A DNA stretch of 64,000 nucleotides, from contig OZ244070.1 of the NCBI GenBank assembly GCA_965215605.1, positions 640,001 to 704,000 of the forward strand, written 5' to 3'. The notes below the pieces were generated by a model. The model had not been told where the DNA came from and did no database searches. It worked only from the letters and a program-made list of their open reading frames with translations. The number at the start of each line of letters is the position of its first letter. The first letter of the stretch is position 1. This document shows positions 41,713-51,060 of this stretch, piece after piece. Origin of the DNA: an uncultured Candidatus Binatia bacterium (lineage in GTDB: Bacteria; Desulfobacterota; Binatia; UBA9968; JAJDTQ01). A program made the position numbers and the translations under genes.

Positions 41713-43212
41713 ATGTTCCGCTTCTCCCCCAATCCCAACAGCGCCCATCGGATCCCTTGGACCGACTGGAGCCCGGCCGCCTTCGACCGCGCCCGCGCCG
41801 AAGGCAAACCGGTGATGCTCTTCCTGGGCGCCTTCTGGTGCGGTATCTGCCAGCGCATGGACGAGACCACCTTCTCCGACACCGAGGTCGTCGCGCTGCT
41901 GAACGCCTACTTCGTCCCGGTGCGGGTGGAGGACGCCCAGCGCCCGGACATCGACGTGCGCTACAACCGCAACGGCTGGCCCACCATCGTGTTCCTGAGC
42001 GCGGAGGGCGACTACCTGGCGAGCGTCAACTACCTTTCACCCCGGGACTTCAGCGACGTGCTCGTGCGGGTCCACGTCGGCTATCAGGAGCGCGCATCTT
42101 CCAGCGCGCCCGGTCCGCCGGCGCCCGCCTCGCCGGCCGCCGACCCGGAGTTGCGACCCGAGGCGGCAAGCGAGATCGCGGGAATCGTCTGGGACCTGGC
42201 CGATCCCGTCCACGGCGGCTACGAAACCGAACGAAAGTTTCCCCACTGCGGGGCCAACGAGCTGCTGTTGCGGCATCATGCGGCCACCGGCGACGCGCGT
42301 TACCTGAACCACGTGCGGCTGACCCTCTACAACATGCGCCTGAGCAAGACCCATGACCCCGAGGGCGGCTTCTTCCGCTACTCATCGAAGCCGGACTGGA
42401 GCGAGCCCCACCACGAGAAGCTGCTGTCCGACCATGCCGGCCTGCTGGACAACGCCCTGCACGTGTTCGAGCTCACCGGCGAAGCCTTCTTCCGGGAGCT
42501 GGCGGAGGAGATCCTGGACTACCTGGACCGGGGCTTCCGCGACGCCGCCGAGCCGTATTTCCACGGCTGCCGCGATTACATCCGCATCACGCCCGGCCGG
42601 GACACCCCTCCGGGGTCCCTGCTCCACGGCAACCGGGGCATGTTCTCCATCACCGATCCCTGGATGTACACCGACGCCAATGCCCGCGCCGTTTCCGCCA
42701 GCCTTCGGGCTGCCCGGACCCTGGGACGGAAGGACTGGAAGGAACGCGCCCTGGAGACGCTGCGATTCCTGCTGGAGCGCTGCTGGGACGACTCCCGCGG
42801 CATGGCCCACTACTTCGACGACGGGCCCCGGTTGCGGGGAGTCCTCACGGACCAGGTCCTCACGGGAAGAGCCCTGGCGGAGGGGTTCGAAGCCACCGGC
42901 GAACGGGTCTTCCTCGACCGCGCCGAAGCGCTGGCGGTGTTCATTCGGACCCGTCTGAACAATCCGGCCGGGGGCTTCTTCGACATCGCGGAGAAAGGGC
43001 CCGCGTTTCTCCAGTATCCCCTGACCCTGGTTGACGGGAACGGCGCCGCGGCGCGTTTCTTCCTGAAGCTCCACGATCTGACGGCGGAGTCGCATCTCCT
43101 CGACGCCGCGCTGTGGGCGTTCAAGTGCTATCACGGCGACTTCACCGACCACGGGGTCCACGCGGCGGAGTATGCCACGGCGCTGGCCGCCTATGCCGAA
43201 GGGGCCATATGA
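41713..43212 (+). CDS. DUF255/YyaL (SPATA20-like) thioredoxin-domain protein
   Basis: WCGICQRM...F.D, RPDID..Y..GWP, KFP, GGFFRYS, EKLL.D. Confidence 0.88.
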   Translation: MFRFSPNPNSAHRIPWTDWSPAAFDRARAEGKPVMLFLGAFWCGICQRMDETTFSDTEVVALLNAYFVPVRVEDAQRPDIDVRYNRNGWPTIVFLSAEGDYLASVNYLSPRDFSDVLVRVHVGYQERASSSAPGPPAPASPAADPELRPEAASEIAGIVWDLADPVHGGYETERKFPHCGANELLLRHHAATGDARYLNHVRLTLYNMRLSKTHDPEGGFFRYSSKPDWSEPHHEKLLSDHAGLLDNALHVFELTGEAFFRELAEEILDYLDRGFRDAAEPYFHGCRDYIRITPGRDTPPGSLLHGNRGMFSITDPWMYTDANARAVSASLRAARTLGRKDWKERALETLRFLLERCWDDSRGMAHYFDDGPRLRGVLTDQVLTGRALAEGFEATGERVFLDRAEALAVFIRTRLNNPAGGFFDIAEKGPAFLQYPLTLVDGNGAAARFFLKLHDLTAESHLLDAALWAFKCYHGDFTDHGVHAAEYATALAAYAEGAI

Positions 43213-43276
43213 CGTTTTGCCATTGCCAGGGGAATGTGGAATCATGTGGCCGACTCGGCGAGATTGAGGTGAATCC

Positions 43277-44557
43277 GTGAACCTGACACTGGCGTACCAC
43301 CCGGTGGAGGCCCTCCGTTTCGGCGCATCCACCGGGCTCGACGGCACCACCCTCGACATCGACGTGGATGAGCTTCGCGGGCTGCTGCTCGAGGACGAAG
43401 CGATCGAGGACGTCGCCTTCGAGCGCGTGGCTCCCGGCGAGGACTGCCGCGCCGGACCGGTGTTCGACATCATCGAGCCCCGGGCCAAGGCGGCCGGCTC
43501 CAGCCCCGACTTCCCGGGCATCCTGGGGCCTCCGTTGACCGCCGGCATGGGCACCACCCACGTGCTGTCGGGCATGGCCGTCGCGGTCCTCGACGAGCAC
43601 GCCGCGGGAGGATCGCGGGGCTCCATCGGCCGCGTCCTGGAGATGACCGGACCGGCCGCGGAGGGTTCCTGCTACTCGAAGCTGCACCACCTGGTGGTCA
43701 TCCCGCGCATGGCCCCGGGCAGGGACGGACCGGCGGCCCAGCGGGCGAAGCGGGTGGCCGGTCTCAAGGCTGCCGTCCACCTGGCCCGGGCGGCGGCTTC
43801 GGACGCACCCGCGGAAAGCGTAACCTTCGCCCCGGTGGACCCCGGGCCGCCGGGGCGGCAGGGTCTGCCCCGGGTAGCGTACGTGGGGCAGATCTTCTCC
43901 CGCCAGAGGCGGTCGGAACTGGACGAACCGGTGCTCTACGGCCACAACACCACCGGCATGCTGCCGGTGCTGCTGCATCCGGACGAGTGGCTGGACGGCG
44001 GCGTGGTGACCTCCTACTACACATCCATGGGAGGCGCCGAGACCTACCTCTACCAGAACCATCCCATCATCACCGAGCTCTACCGGAGACACCGCGCGGG
44101 CGAGCTGAACTTCGTCGGCACGGTGGCCAGCATCGCCGGCTCGGACAACACCGACCGCGACCGGAACTGCCGCACCGCCGCCGCCCTGGTGCAATGGGCG
44201 CTGAAGGCCGACGCGGCGGTACTCACCAAGTACGGCGGCGGCGTGCCCCACGCCGACCTGGCGGAGACCGCGCGCTTGCTGGAGTCGGCCGGCATCCGTA
44301 CCTCGGTCATGGTCTCGGACGTGTCGCGGGACCGCCGGGTGGAGTCCGCCCTGCTGTTCAACTTCCCCGAGCTGAACGCCATCGTCTACGGCGGCGGCAA
44401 CGACACCCGGTGGCAGGTGCCGCCGGCCACGCGGGTGATCGCGGCAACGCCGGCCGTGGGCGAACTGTTGGCCGGCGTACGGGAGCTGGGCGCCATGAAC
44501 GTGGCGGGCGTCACCAACCAGCAGGGCGCGTCGCGGCTGCGGGCGGTGGTTTACTAA
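43277..44557 (+). CDS. Glycine/sarcosine/betaine reductase component B proprotein-like (GrdE-like)
   Basis: DIIEPRAK, G.G.THVL.G.AV, HP.E.LDG, Y..QNHPII..LY..H; GTG start. Confidence 0.85.
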   Translation: MNLTLAYHPVEALRFGASTGLDGTTLDIDVDELRGLLLEDEAIEDVAFERVAPGEDCRAGPVFDIIEPRAKAAGSSPDFPGILGPPLTAGMGTTHVLSGMAVAVLDEHAAGGSRGSIGRVLEMTGPAAEGSCYSKLHHLVVIPRMAPGRDGPAAQRAKRVAGLKAAVHLARAAASDAPAESVTFAPVDPGPPGRQGLPRVAYVGQIFSRQRRSELDEPVLYGHNTTGMLPVLLHPDEWLDGGVVTSYYTSMGGAETYLYQNHPIITELYRRHRAGELNFVGTVASIAGSDNTDRDRNCRTAAALVQWALKADAAVLTKYGGGVPHADLAETARLLESAGIRTSVMVSDVSRDRRVESALLFNFPELNAIVYGGGNDTRWQVPPATRVIAATPAVGELLAGVRELGAMNVAGVTNQQGASRLRAVVY

Positions 44558-44605
44558 GCGTTACCCGCGGCAGAACCGACACTGCAAGAACGGAGGTCTG
44601 CAACC

Positions 44606-45892
44606 ATGAGGATCGTTCACTACCTCAACCAGTTTTTCGGAGGAATCGGCGGCGAGGAGCAGGCCGGGAGCCCGCCGCGGGAGGTCGAGGGCGCCGTCGG
44701 CCCCGGCCGCCTGCTGGAGCAGACTTTCGGCGAAGAGGCCACCGTCGTCAAAACCGTGGTCTGCGGCGACAACTACGCCGTCGAGCACCAGGACGAGCTG
44801 GTGGTCGCGGTGCTGGATCACGTCCGGGACGCGCAGGCGGACCTGTTCGTGGCAGGGCCGTGTTTCGACGCCGGCCGCTACGGCATGGCGGCGGGCGCCT
44901 TGTGCAGCGCGGTGCAGACGGAGCTCGGCATTCCGGCCGTCACCGCCATGCACGAGGAAAACCCCGGGGTGGACCTCTACCGCGAAGGCCTCTACATCAT
45001 CGACTCCGGAAAGAACGCGGCGAAGATGAAGGAGGTCGTGGGGCGCATGGCCGGACTGGCACGTAAACTGGCAGGGGGAGAGGCCGTCGGCCTGCCCGAA
45101 GAAGAGGGCTACCTGACCCGGGGGCTGATACGGGACCGGTTCGTCGACAAGTCCTCGGCCGAGCGGCTGGTGGACATGGTGCTGGCAAAGGCCCAGGACC
45201 AGCCGTTCGACACCGAGATGCCTGTCACCTCGTTCCAGCCGGTGGCCAAGCCCCGGGGCGTGGACGACATCTCCAAGGCCACGGTGATGCTCATCACTGA
45301 CGGCGGCCTCGTGCCCAAGGGCAACCCGGACAACATCGAGGGCATGGCCGCCACCCGCTGGGGCGCCTACGACATCTCCGGCGACGACGACTTGGCGGGC
45401 GATGACTACGAAATCTCCCACGGCGGCTACGACCCGCGCTTCGTGCAGGCCGACCCCGACCGCCTGGTCCCCCTCGACGCCCTGCGGCAGTTGGAGAGAG
45501 AGGGTGCCGTGGGCAGGATACACGGGGAGTTCCTGTCCACCTCCGGCCTGTCCAACCCCCTTTCCAACACCCGCCGGCTGGGCCGGGAGATGGCCGAGAA
45601 AGTCAAACGCGAGGGGGTCGACGCCGTCATCCTCACCTCCACGTGAGGCACCAGCACTCGCAGCGGCGCTGCGATCACCACCGAGCTGGAAAAGGCCGGC
45701 GTCCCGGTCGTTCAACTGACCTCCGCCCTGCCCATCGCCAAGATGGTGGGCTCCAACCGTGTCGTGTTGGGAACCGGCATCATCCACGTGGCCGGAGACG
45801 CGAACCTGCCGCCCGACGAGGAGAAGGCGCTGCGGCGCAAGCTCGTGGAGGAGGCGCTGGATTCGCTGAAGGCCGAGGGGGGCGCGGACTAA
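44606..45892 (+). CDS. Glycine/sarcosine/betaine reductase selenoprotein B-like (GrdB family), Sec at TGA 45644-45646, 428 aa
   Basis: HYLNQFFGGIGGEE, GP.F.AGRYG, HGGYD, VILTST-U-GT; homology continues in frame (ELEKAGVPVV, VGSNR, EEKALRR) to TAA 45890-45892. Confidence 0.9.
45658..45674 (+). promoter_or_regulatory. Putative bacterial SECIS hairpin
   Basis: TCGCAGC-GGC-GCTGCGA starting 11 nt after the in-frame TGA, with G in the apical loop. Confidence 0.75.
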
Positions 45893-47076
45893 CCCCCGGC
45901 CGGCTCGAGGCGCGCGAGCACACCCGGCTGCTCGTCGCTCAGAAGGTAGACGTATCCGTTGGGGCCCACCCGGACATCGCGGATCCGGCCGATGACCCCC
46001 TCCAGAATCCGCTCCTCGCGCACCACTCGCTCTCCGTTGAGCTCGAGCCGCGCGAGCAGGCGGAACGCGAGCGCGCCCACCAGCAGGTTGCCGCGCCAGC
46101 CGGGGAACTTGTCACCCTCATAGAACGCCATGCCCGAGGGCGCGATGGATGGCGTCCACTGGTGCAGCGGCTGGGCCATGCCTTCCCTGTGGGTCCCCTC
46201 GCCGATGCGCGTGCCGATCCCGTAGTTCCTGCCGTAGGTGATCACCGGCCAGCCGTAGTTGACCCCGGCCCGGATGATGTTGATCTCGTCACCGCCCTGC
46301 GGGCCGTGCTCATGGGTCCATAGCTCGCCGGTCCGGGGATGGATGGCCGCGCCCTGTATGTTGCGGTTGCCGAGCGTGTGGATTTCGGGCCTGGCGCCGG
46401 ACACGGACAGATAGGGGTTGTCCTTGGGCACGCCGCCATCCTCGGTGAGGCGGATAACGGAACCCGCGTGGTCGCCCGGGTCCTGGGCGCGCGGCCGGCT
46501 GCCCCGGTCCCCCAGGGTCAGGAACACGTGCCCCTTGGCGTCGAACACCACGCGTCCGCCGAAGTGGCGGCCTCCCCACGACTTGGGCAGGGCCCGGAAC
46601 AGGACCTGGACGTCCTTGAGCTGGTGGCCGTCAAGCCGCCCCCTGGCCAGCTCGGTGCCGTAGCCGCCGGTGCCGCTGCCGGCATACGCGAGATAGACCA
46701 GGCGGGTCCGGGAGAAATCCGGATGCAGCGCCACGTCGTGCAGCCCGCCCTGCCGCCTCGCCGCGATGTTTTCGGGAAGACCGGAGATGGGAGCAGGATC
46801 CAGCGTCCCGTCGGCGGCCACGTAACGGAGCCGCCCGGGCCGCTCGGTGACCAGCATCCGCCCGTCGGGCAGGAACGCGAGCGACCAGGGCCGGTCGAGC
46901 CCACGGGTCAGGATACGGACCTGTACGGGGTGCCGCTCCGTCCGTTCCACCATGTCCGCTGCCCCAGCCCCGTACCAGCCGAGGATCAGCACAAGAGCGC
47001 CGGCAACGAGGCGAGGTGACAGGCGTCGGAACCGCGACTGCTGCCGAGTCAGCCTTATACTACCGGTCATCGACAT
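45889..47076 (-). CDS. PQQ-dependent soluble aldose sugar dehydrogenase (YliI-like)
   Basis: PWSLAFLPDG, HFGGR, GNRNIQG, EHGPQGGDE, NYGWP, RIRDV. Confidence 0.92.
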   Translation of the reverse strand: MSMTGSIRLTRQQSRFRRLSPRLVAGALVLILGWYGAGAADMVERTERHPVQVRILTRGLDRPWSLAFLPDGRMLVTERPGRLRYVAADGTLDPAPISGLPENIAARRQGGLHDVALHPDFSRTRLVYLAYAGSGTGGYGTELARGRLDGHQLKDVQVLFRALPKSWGGRHFGGRVVFDAKGHVFLTLGDRGSRPRAQDPGDHAGSVIRLTEDGGVPKDNPYLSVSGARPEIHTLGNRNIQGAAIHPRTGELWTHEHGPQGGDEINIIRAGVNYGWPVITYGRNYGIGTRIGEGTHREGMAQPLHQWTPSIAPSGMAFYEGDKFPGWRGNLLVGALAFRLLARLELNGERVVREERILEGVIGRIRDVRVGPNGYVYLLSDEQPGVLARLEPAGG

Positions 47077-47194
47077 CACCTTTCCTGTATTGAAACATCT
47101 TCCGGCGCAACCGCCTCTACGTCATCGAACCGGGCAAAATCGTCGAGGTTCGGGACGCAAACGGCGGGTCCCGTCACTTGGCTACCGGACCATG

Positions 47195-47950
47195 CTACGG
47201 CATGACCATGCCGCCGTTGACGTGCAGCGTGGCGCCGGTGACGTAGTCGCTCTCCTCGCCGGCAAGGAAGAAGATGCCGTCCGCGATCTCCTCGGGCATG
47301 GCGGCACGTCCCATGGGCAGCGTGCCCGACAGGGCGGCCCATTCATCCTCCTCGTACTTGCCCCGCACCCGCTCGGTGCCGGTGAGTCCGGGGGCGATGG
47401 TGTTGACGCGGATGCCGTGGGGGGCCAGTTCGGTGGCCAGGGACTTCGAGAAAGCGATGATGGCGGCCTTGGAGGCGGCATAGTGAGTGCGCTCCGCGCC
47501 GCCCGTGACGCCGAAGTTGGACGCGGTGTTGACGATGGTCCCGCGGCCCGCCTGCTTCATGGGGGCGATGACCGCCTGAGAGCACAGGAACGTGGTCTTG
47601 AGGTTGAGATCGAGGCACTCTTTCCACTGGGCCGAGGTGACGTCCTGGATGGCGCCCTTGTGGAATGTGCCGCCAGCGAGGTTCACGAGGACGTCGATGC
47701 GGCCGCAGGCGGACAGGATGCGCTCGAACGCGGCGGTCACCTCGGACTTCCGGGTAAGATCCGCCTGGATGAACTGGCCTTCCACCTTCCCCGCCTCGAG
47801 CCGCGACAAGGTCGCTGCTCCTGCTTCCGCATCCCGGTCCAGAAGCACGGGCACGTAGCTCTCTTCGCTGAAGCGCAGCACCGTGGCGCGCCCGATGCCG
47901 CTGGCGCCGCCGGTCACGACAACCACCTTGGTTTCCATCGCGCTAAACAT
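47195..47950 (-). CDS. SDR-family oxidoreductase
   Basis: TGGASGIG, YAASK, VNGG. Confidence 0.92.
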   Translation of the reverse strand: MFSAMETKVVVVTGGASGIGRATVLRFSEESYVPVLLDRDAEAGAATLSRLEAGKVEGQFIQADLTRKSEVTAAFERILSACGRIDVLVNLAGGTFHKGAIQDVTSAQWKECLDLNLKTTFLCSQAVIAPMKQAGRGTIVNTASNFGVTGGAERTHYAASKAAIIAFSKSLATELAPHGIRVNTIAPGLTGTERVRGKYEEDEWAALSGTLPMGRAAMPEEIADGIFFLAGEESDYVTGATLHVNGGMVMP

Positions 47951-48324
47951 GTGCCTTGAATCCCTGCCCTACGTGCGCAACAGGCCGCAGAGGCATCATA
48001 AATCGTTGTTTTTCGCTGGGTTATTTTTTGATCCCAAACGTCCCAAAGCCTTGCATCGCCGCCACCGATACTCCTCAGACGCCACCAGTTTGACCCCAGT
48101 CACTTTCAGACACGCTTATGGTGCACATGCCGCCTCAGCCTGTAGGTGTCTTGTGTCAGGAGATGGCGACGTGGCCGAAAACGAGTACCGTAGTCTCTCC
48201 GAACACATTATCGAACGTCTATCGGCGGATGACAAGGACACCGCGTTCTGGGGCCATCGACCGCAAGGTGGCGGAGAGCATCGGGGCGGACATCCTGCGG
48301 GAGGCGCGCGACCGCGCCCGGCGG

Positions 48325-48618
48325 TCAGGCGGTGGCGAACCTCCTGACCTCGACCGGCTCGCGGTCATGCTGCGCGTGCCAGAGGTCGTACTGCATCTGC
48401 TGGGTCAGCCAGCTCTCGGGGCTGCCGCCGAAGGCCTCCGACAACCGGATGGCCATCTCAGGGGATATGCCGAGGCGGCCATTGAGCAGCAGGGACAGCG
48501 TGTTGCGCGATACCGCGAGCCCCTTCGCGGCCTCGGTCACGGTCAGGCCCAGGGGTTCGAGGCACTGGCGCCGGATGAATGCGCCCGGATGGGGCGGATC
48601 GTGCATGAGCATGGGCAT
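48325..48618 (-). CDS. higA: HigA addiction-module antitoxin
   Basis: [23 protein letters not shown]...Q..YDL. Confidence 0.93.
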   Translation of the reverse strand: MPMLMHDPPHPGAFIRRQCLEPLGLTVTEAAKGLAVSRNTLSLLLNGRLGISPEMAIRLSEAFGGSPESWLTQQMQYDLWHAQHDREPVEVRRFATA

Positions 48619-48625
48619 TGCCTCC

Positions 48626-48904
48626 CTAGTGATAGTCGAGGTAGTCGACGTCGGCGGCGTGACCTTCGTCAAACCGGAAAATGACCCGCCAGTTGGCGCG
48701 TACCGTCACCGCCCAGAAACCGGCATATTCGCCACCGAGCCGATGAAGCCGGAAACCCGGCAGGTTCATGTCGTCCGGGCTCGCCGACGCGTTGAGGCGC
48801 ACGAGGATGTCGCCTACGGTCTCGCGGTGCTCCGGGTGGATGCGCCGCGCGTCGCCACGCTCCATGAAGCGCCGGAGCGTCCGGCTCCTGAAGTTGCGTA
48901 TCAT
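48626..48904 (-). CDS. higB: HigB (RelE-family) toxin
   Basis: [24 protein letters not shown] terminus; toxin-first gene order. Confidence 0.93.
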   Translation of the reverse strand: MIRNFRSRTLRRFMERGDARRIHPEHRETVGDILVRLNASASPDDMNLPGFRLHRLGGEYAGFWAVTVRANWRVIFRFDEGHAADVDYLDYH

Positions 48905-48909
48905 GATGG

Positions 48910-48938
48910 AGCGTAATGTGCACTATGGCGCATGTCAA
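48910..48938 (-). promoter_or_regulatory. higBA sigma70 promoter, probably leaderless, with spacer operator
   Basis: TTGACA-N17-TACGCT ending 5 nt before the ATG; no SD; imperfect palindrome ATGCGC-N6-GCACAT. Confidence 0.7.
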
Positions 48939-49034
48939 CATCGGACGTCCGCCAGGATGTCTGGCCGACTGCGGACGGCGTGATTCATGGCCTGCCGCTC
49001 TCTTCGGTGTGGAGCCGCGGGGGAAACACCAGGC

Positions 49035-49160
49035 TTAGCCGGTGCATCGTCGGGCAGAACCCGAAATCGTCGCTGAGGCGTCCATCTTGCCGCGCAGAAT
49101 GTCCGCCGCCTTCAGGAGGAAGGACTCGAGCTGGGCGAGGGTGATTTTCTCTTGTCTCAT
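49035..49160 (-). pseudogene. hsdM: Type I restriction-modification HsdM N-terminal remnant
   Basis: MRQEKITLAQLESFLLKAADILRGKMDAS, then loss of similarity and a stop after 41 codons. Confidence 0.78.
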
Positions 49161-49399
49161 CTTCTGCCCCGTCTCACGCGCACCGGCCGCGGCATTTACG
49201 AAAAAGTCTAAACTCCAGGGACGTGCGCGCGATGGGGGACGTGGTCCTTGTGCTCACTCCGCTTGCGATCCGCGTGCGGCATCATGGCAGCTAGACGGCC
49301 CACCGGAAAGAATACCCCAAAATCAAAAAGTTACGCGTGTTTGAGAGATGCTAGTTCCGATTGATCCCTTCGTTCCAGATTGCATGCGAGGGCGCGGCC

Positions 49400-50149
49400 C
49401 TACATCATGATCGCCCCGCCGTTGACCACCACGGTCTGCCCGGTGACGAACCGCGCCCGGTCGCTGGCGAGAAAGACCGCAGCCTTGGCCATGTCCCGGG
49501 GCTGGCCGATGCGCCCCAACGGGATCCTGGCCGCGTTGGCATAGAGCTCCTCTTCGGTTCTGTGGCCCCGGGGCTGCGCGGTGTCGGAGACCCCTGGACA
49601 GATGCAGTTCACGGCGATGCCCGCGGGCGCCAGCTCCAGTGCCAGGCTCTTGGTGAAGCCGATGATGCCGCCCTTGGTGGCCGCGTAGTGGGCGCCGTTT
49701 CCGGCCCCCTGAAGGCCCCGGCCGGAGGTGATGCTGATGATACGGCCGCTGCGCTGTTGCAGCATCCCCGGCGTCACCGCGCGGCTGCACAGGAACGTCC
49801 CGAACAGGTTGGTGCCGATGACCCGCTCCCATTCGTCCTCGGGCATGTCCTCCACCGTGTTGGTGGGATAGATGCCGGCGTTGTTGACCAGGATGTCGAC
49901 CTGGCCGAAGCGGTCGAGGCAGGCCCGCACCATGGCGTCGACGGAGGCCTCTTGCGAAACGTCGGTGGGGTGGCAAGAGGCCGTACCGCCGCCCTCCTCG
50001 ATCTTCCGCTGCACCGCCCTGGCGTTGTCCTCACGCAATTCCGCTACCATTACCGCGGCACCCTCTTCGGCCATGGCCACGGCGATAGCTTCGCCGATTC
50101 CCTGGCCGCTCCCGGTGACGATGGCCGTCCGCCCTTCGAGTCTACGCAT
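49400..50149 (-). CDS. SDR-family oxidoreductase
   Basis: TGSGQGIG, NNAG, YAATK. Confidence 0.92.
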   Translation of the reverse strand: MRRLEGRTAIVTGSGQGIGEAIAVAMAEEGAAVMVAELREDNARAVQRKIEEGGGTASCHPTDVSQEASVDAMVRACLDRFGQVDILVNNAGIYPTNTVEDMPEDEWERVIGTNLFGTFLCSRAVTPGMLQQRSGRIISITSGRGLQGAGNGAHYAATKGGIIGFTKSLALELAPAGIAVNCICPGVSDTAQPRGHRTEEELYANAARIPLGRIGQPRDMAKAAVFLASDRARFVTGQTVVVNGGAIMM

Positions 50150-50247
50150 AGGAATGCTATTTAGAACCTTCGCTCCGCGCTGGCAAGACGGTCCGCGGCA
50201 TGGCCGCGCCCCCGCGACGGCGTTTCATCCGAGGAGAACCGGGAGAA

Positions 50248-51042
50248 ATGAACACGGCAGTGCCCCTCGACATCCGCAACGTCTCGTACGCGGCGGCGCA
50301 GCACACGATTCTCGATTCCATCGACTGGACCGTAGGCCAAGGCGAGCACTGGGTGATCCTGGGGCCCAACGGCTCGGGCAAGACCACTCTGCTGAAGATG
50401 GCCTGCGGCTATCTGTGGCCCAACCAGGGCGGGGCCATCTACCGCAACGGCAGCCGGCGGGTGGACCTGCGGGAGTTGCGCAAGGGTATCGGCTGGGTCA
50501 CGGTCTCCCTCACCTCGCAGATACCGGCCAGGGAACGGGCGCTCCGGACGGTGGTGTCCGGCATGTTCGCCCAGATCGGCCTGCTGGAGATGTCCACCGT
50601 CCATCCAGTTGACGAGGACTTCGCGCGGGCCGAGGCCATCATGGACCGCATGGGGTGCCTGGGGCTCAAGGACCAGGCTTTCGGCACTCTCTCGCAGGGC
50701 GAGCAGCAGAAGGTCCTCATCAGCCGGGCGCTCATGGCCCGTCCCTACCTGATGTTCCTGGACGAGCCTTGTGCGGGGCTGGATCCGGGGGCGAGGGAGA
50801 GCCTGCTGGCGGCGCTCCAGGAGCTGGGGCGCACCACCGACGCCACGGCGCTGGTGTATGTCACCCATCACATCGAGGAGATCCTGCCCGCCTTCGAGAA
50901 GACCCTCGTGCTCAAGGGCGGGAGGGTCTTCCGGTCAGGGGAGACGGCCAAGGTCATTACCGAGACGTTGTTGCAGGAGCTTTACCGGACCCCGCTGGCC
51001 CTGAGACGAAGCAATGGGCGGTACTGGACGGTGGGCGCCTGA
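50248..51042 (+). CDS. Stand-alone ABC ATP-binding protein (YlmA/ModF-like)
   Basis: GEHWVILGPNGSGKT, LSQGE, LDEPC, VTHH. Confidence 0.88.
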   Translation: MNTAVPLDIRNVSYAAAQHTILDSIDWTVGQGEHWVILGPNGSGKTTLLKMACGYLWPNQGGAIYRNGSRRVDLRELRKGIGWVTVSLTSQIPARERALRTVVSGMFAQIGLLEMSTVHPVDEDFARAEAIMDRMGCLGLKDQAFGTLSQGEQQKVLISRALMARPYLMFLDEPCAGLDPGARESLLAALQELGRTTDATALVYVTHHIEEILPAFEKTLVLKGGRVFRSGETAKVITETLLQELYRTPLALRRSNGRYWTVGA

Positions 51043-51060
51043 AGAACAAGGGAGGATACC

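Noticed and set aside
48903-48933. Xer dif-like site
   Set aside because: Only partial match to the XerD arm and a poor XerC arm; fully explained as the higBA promoter
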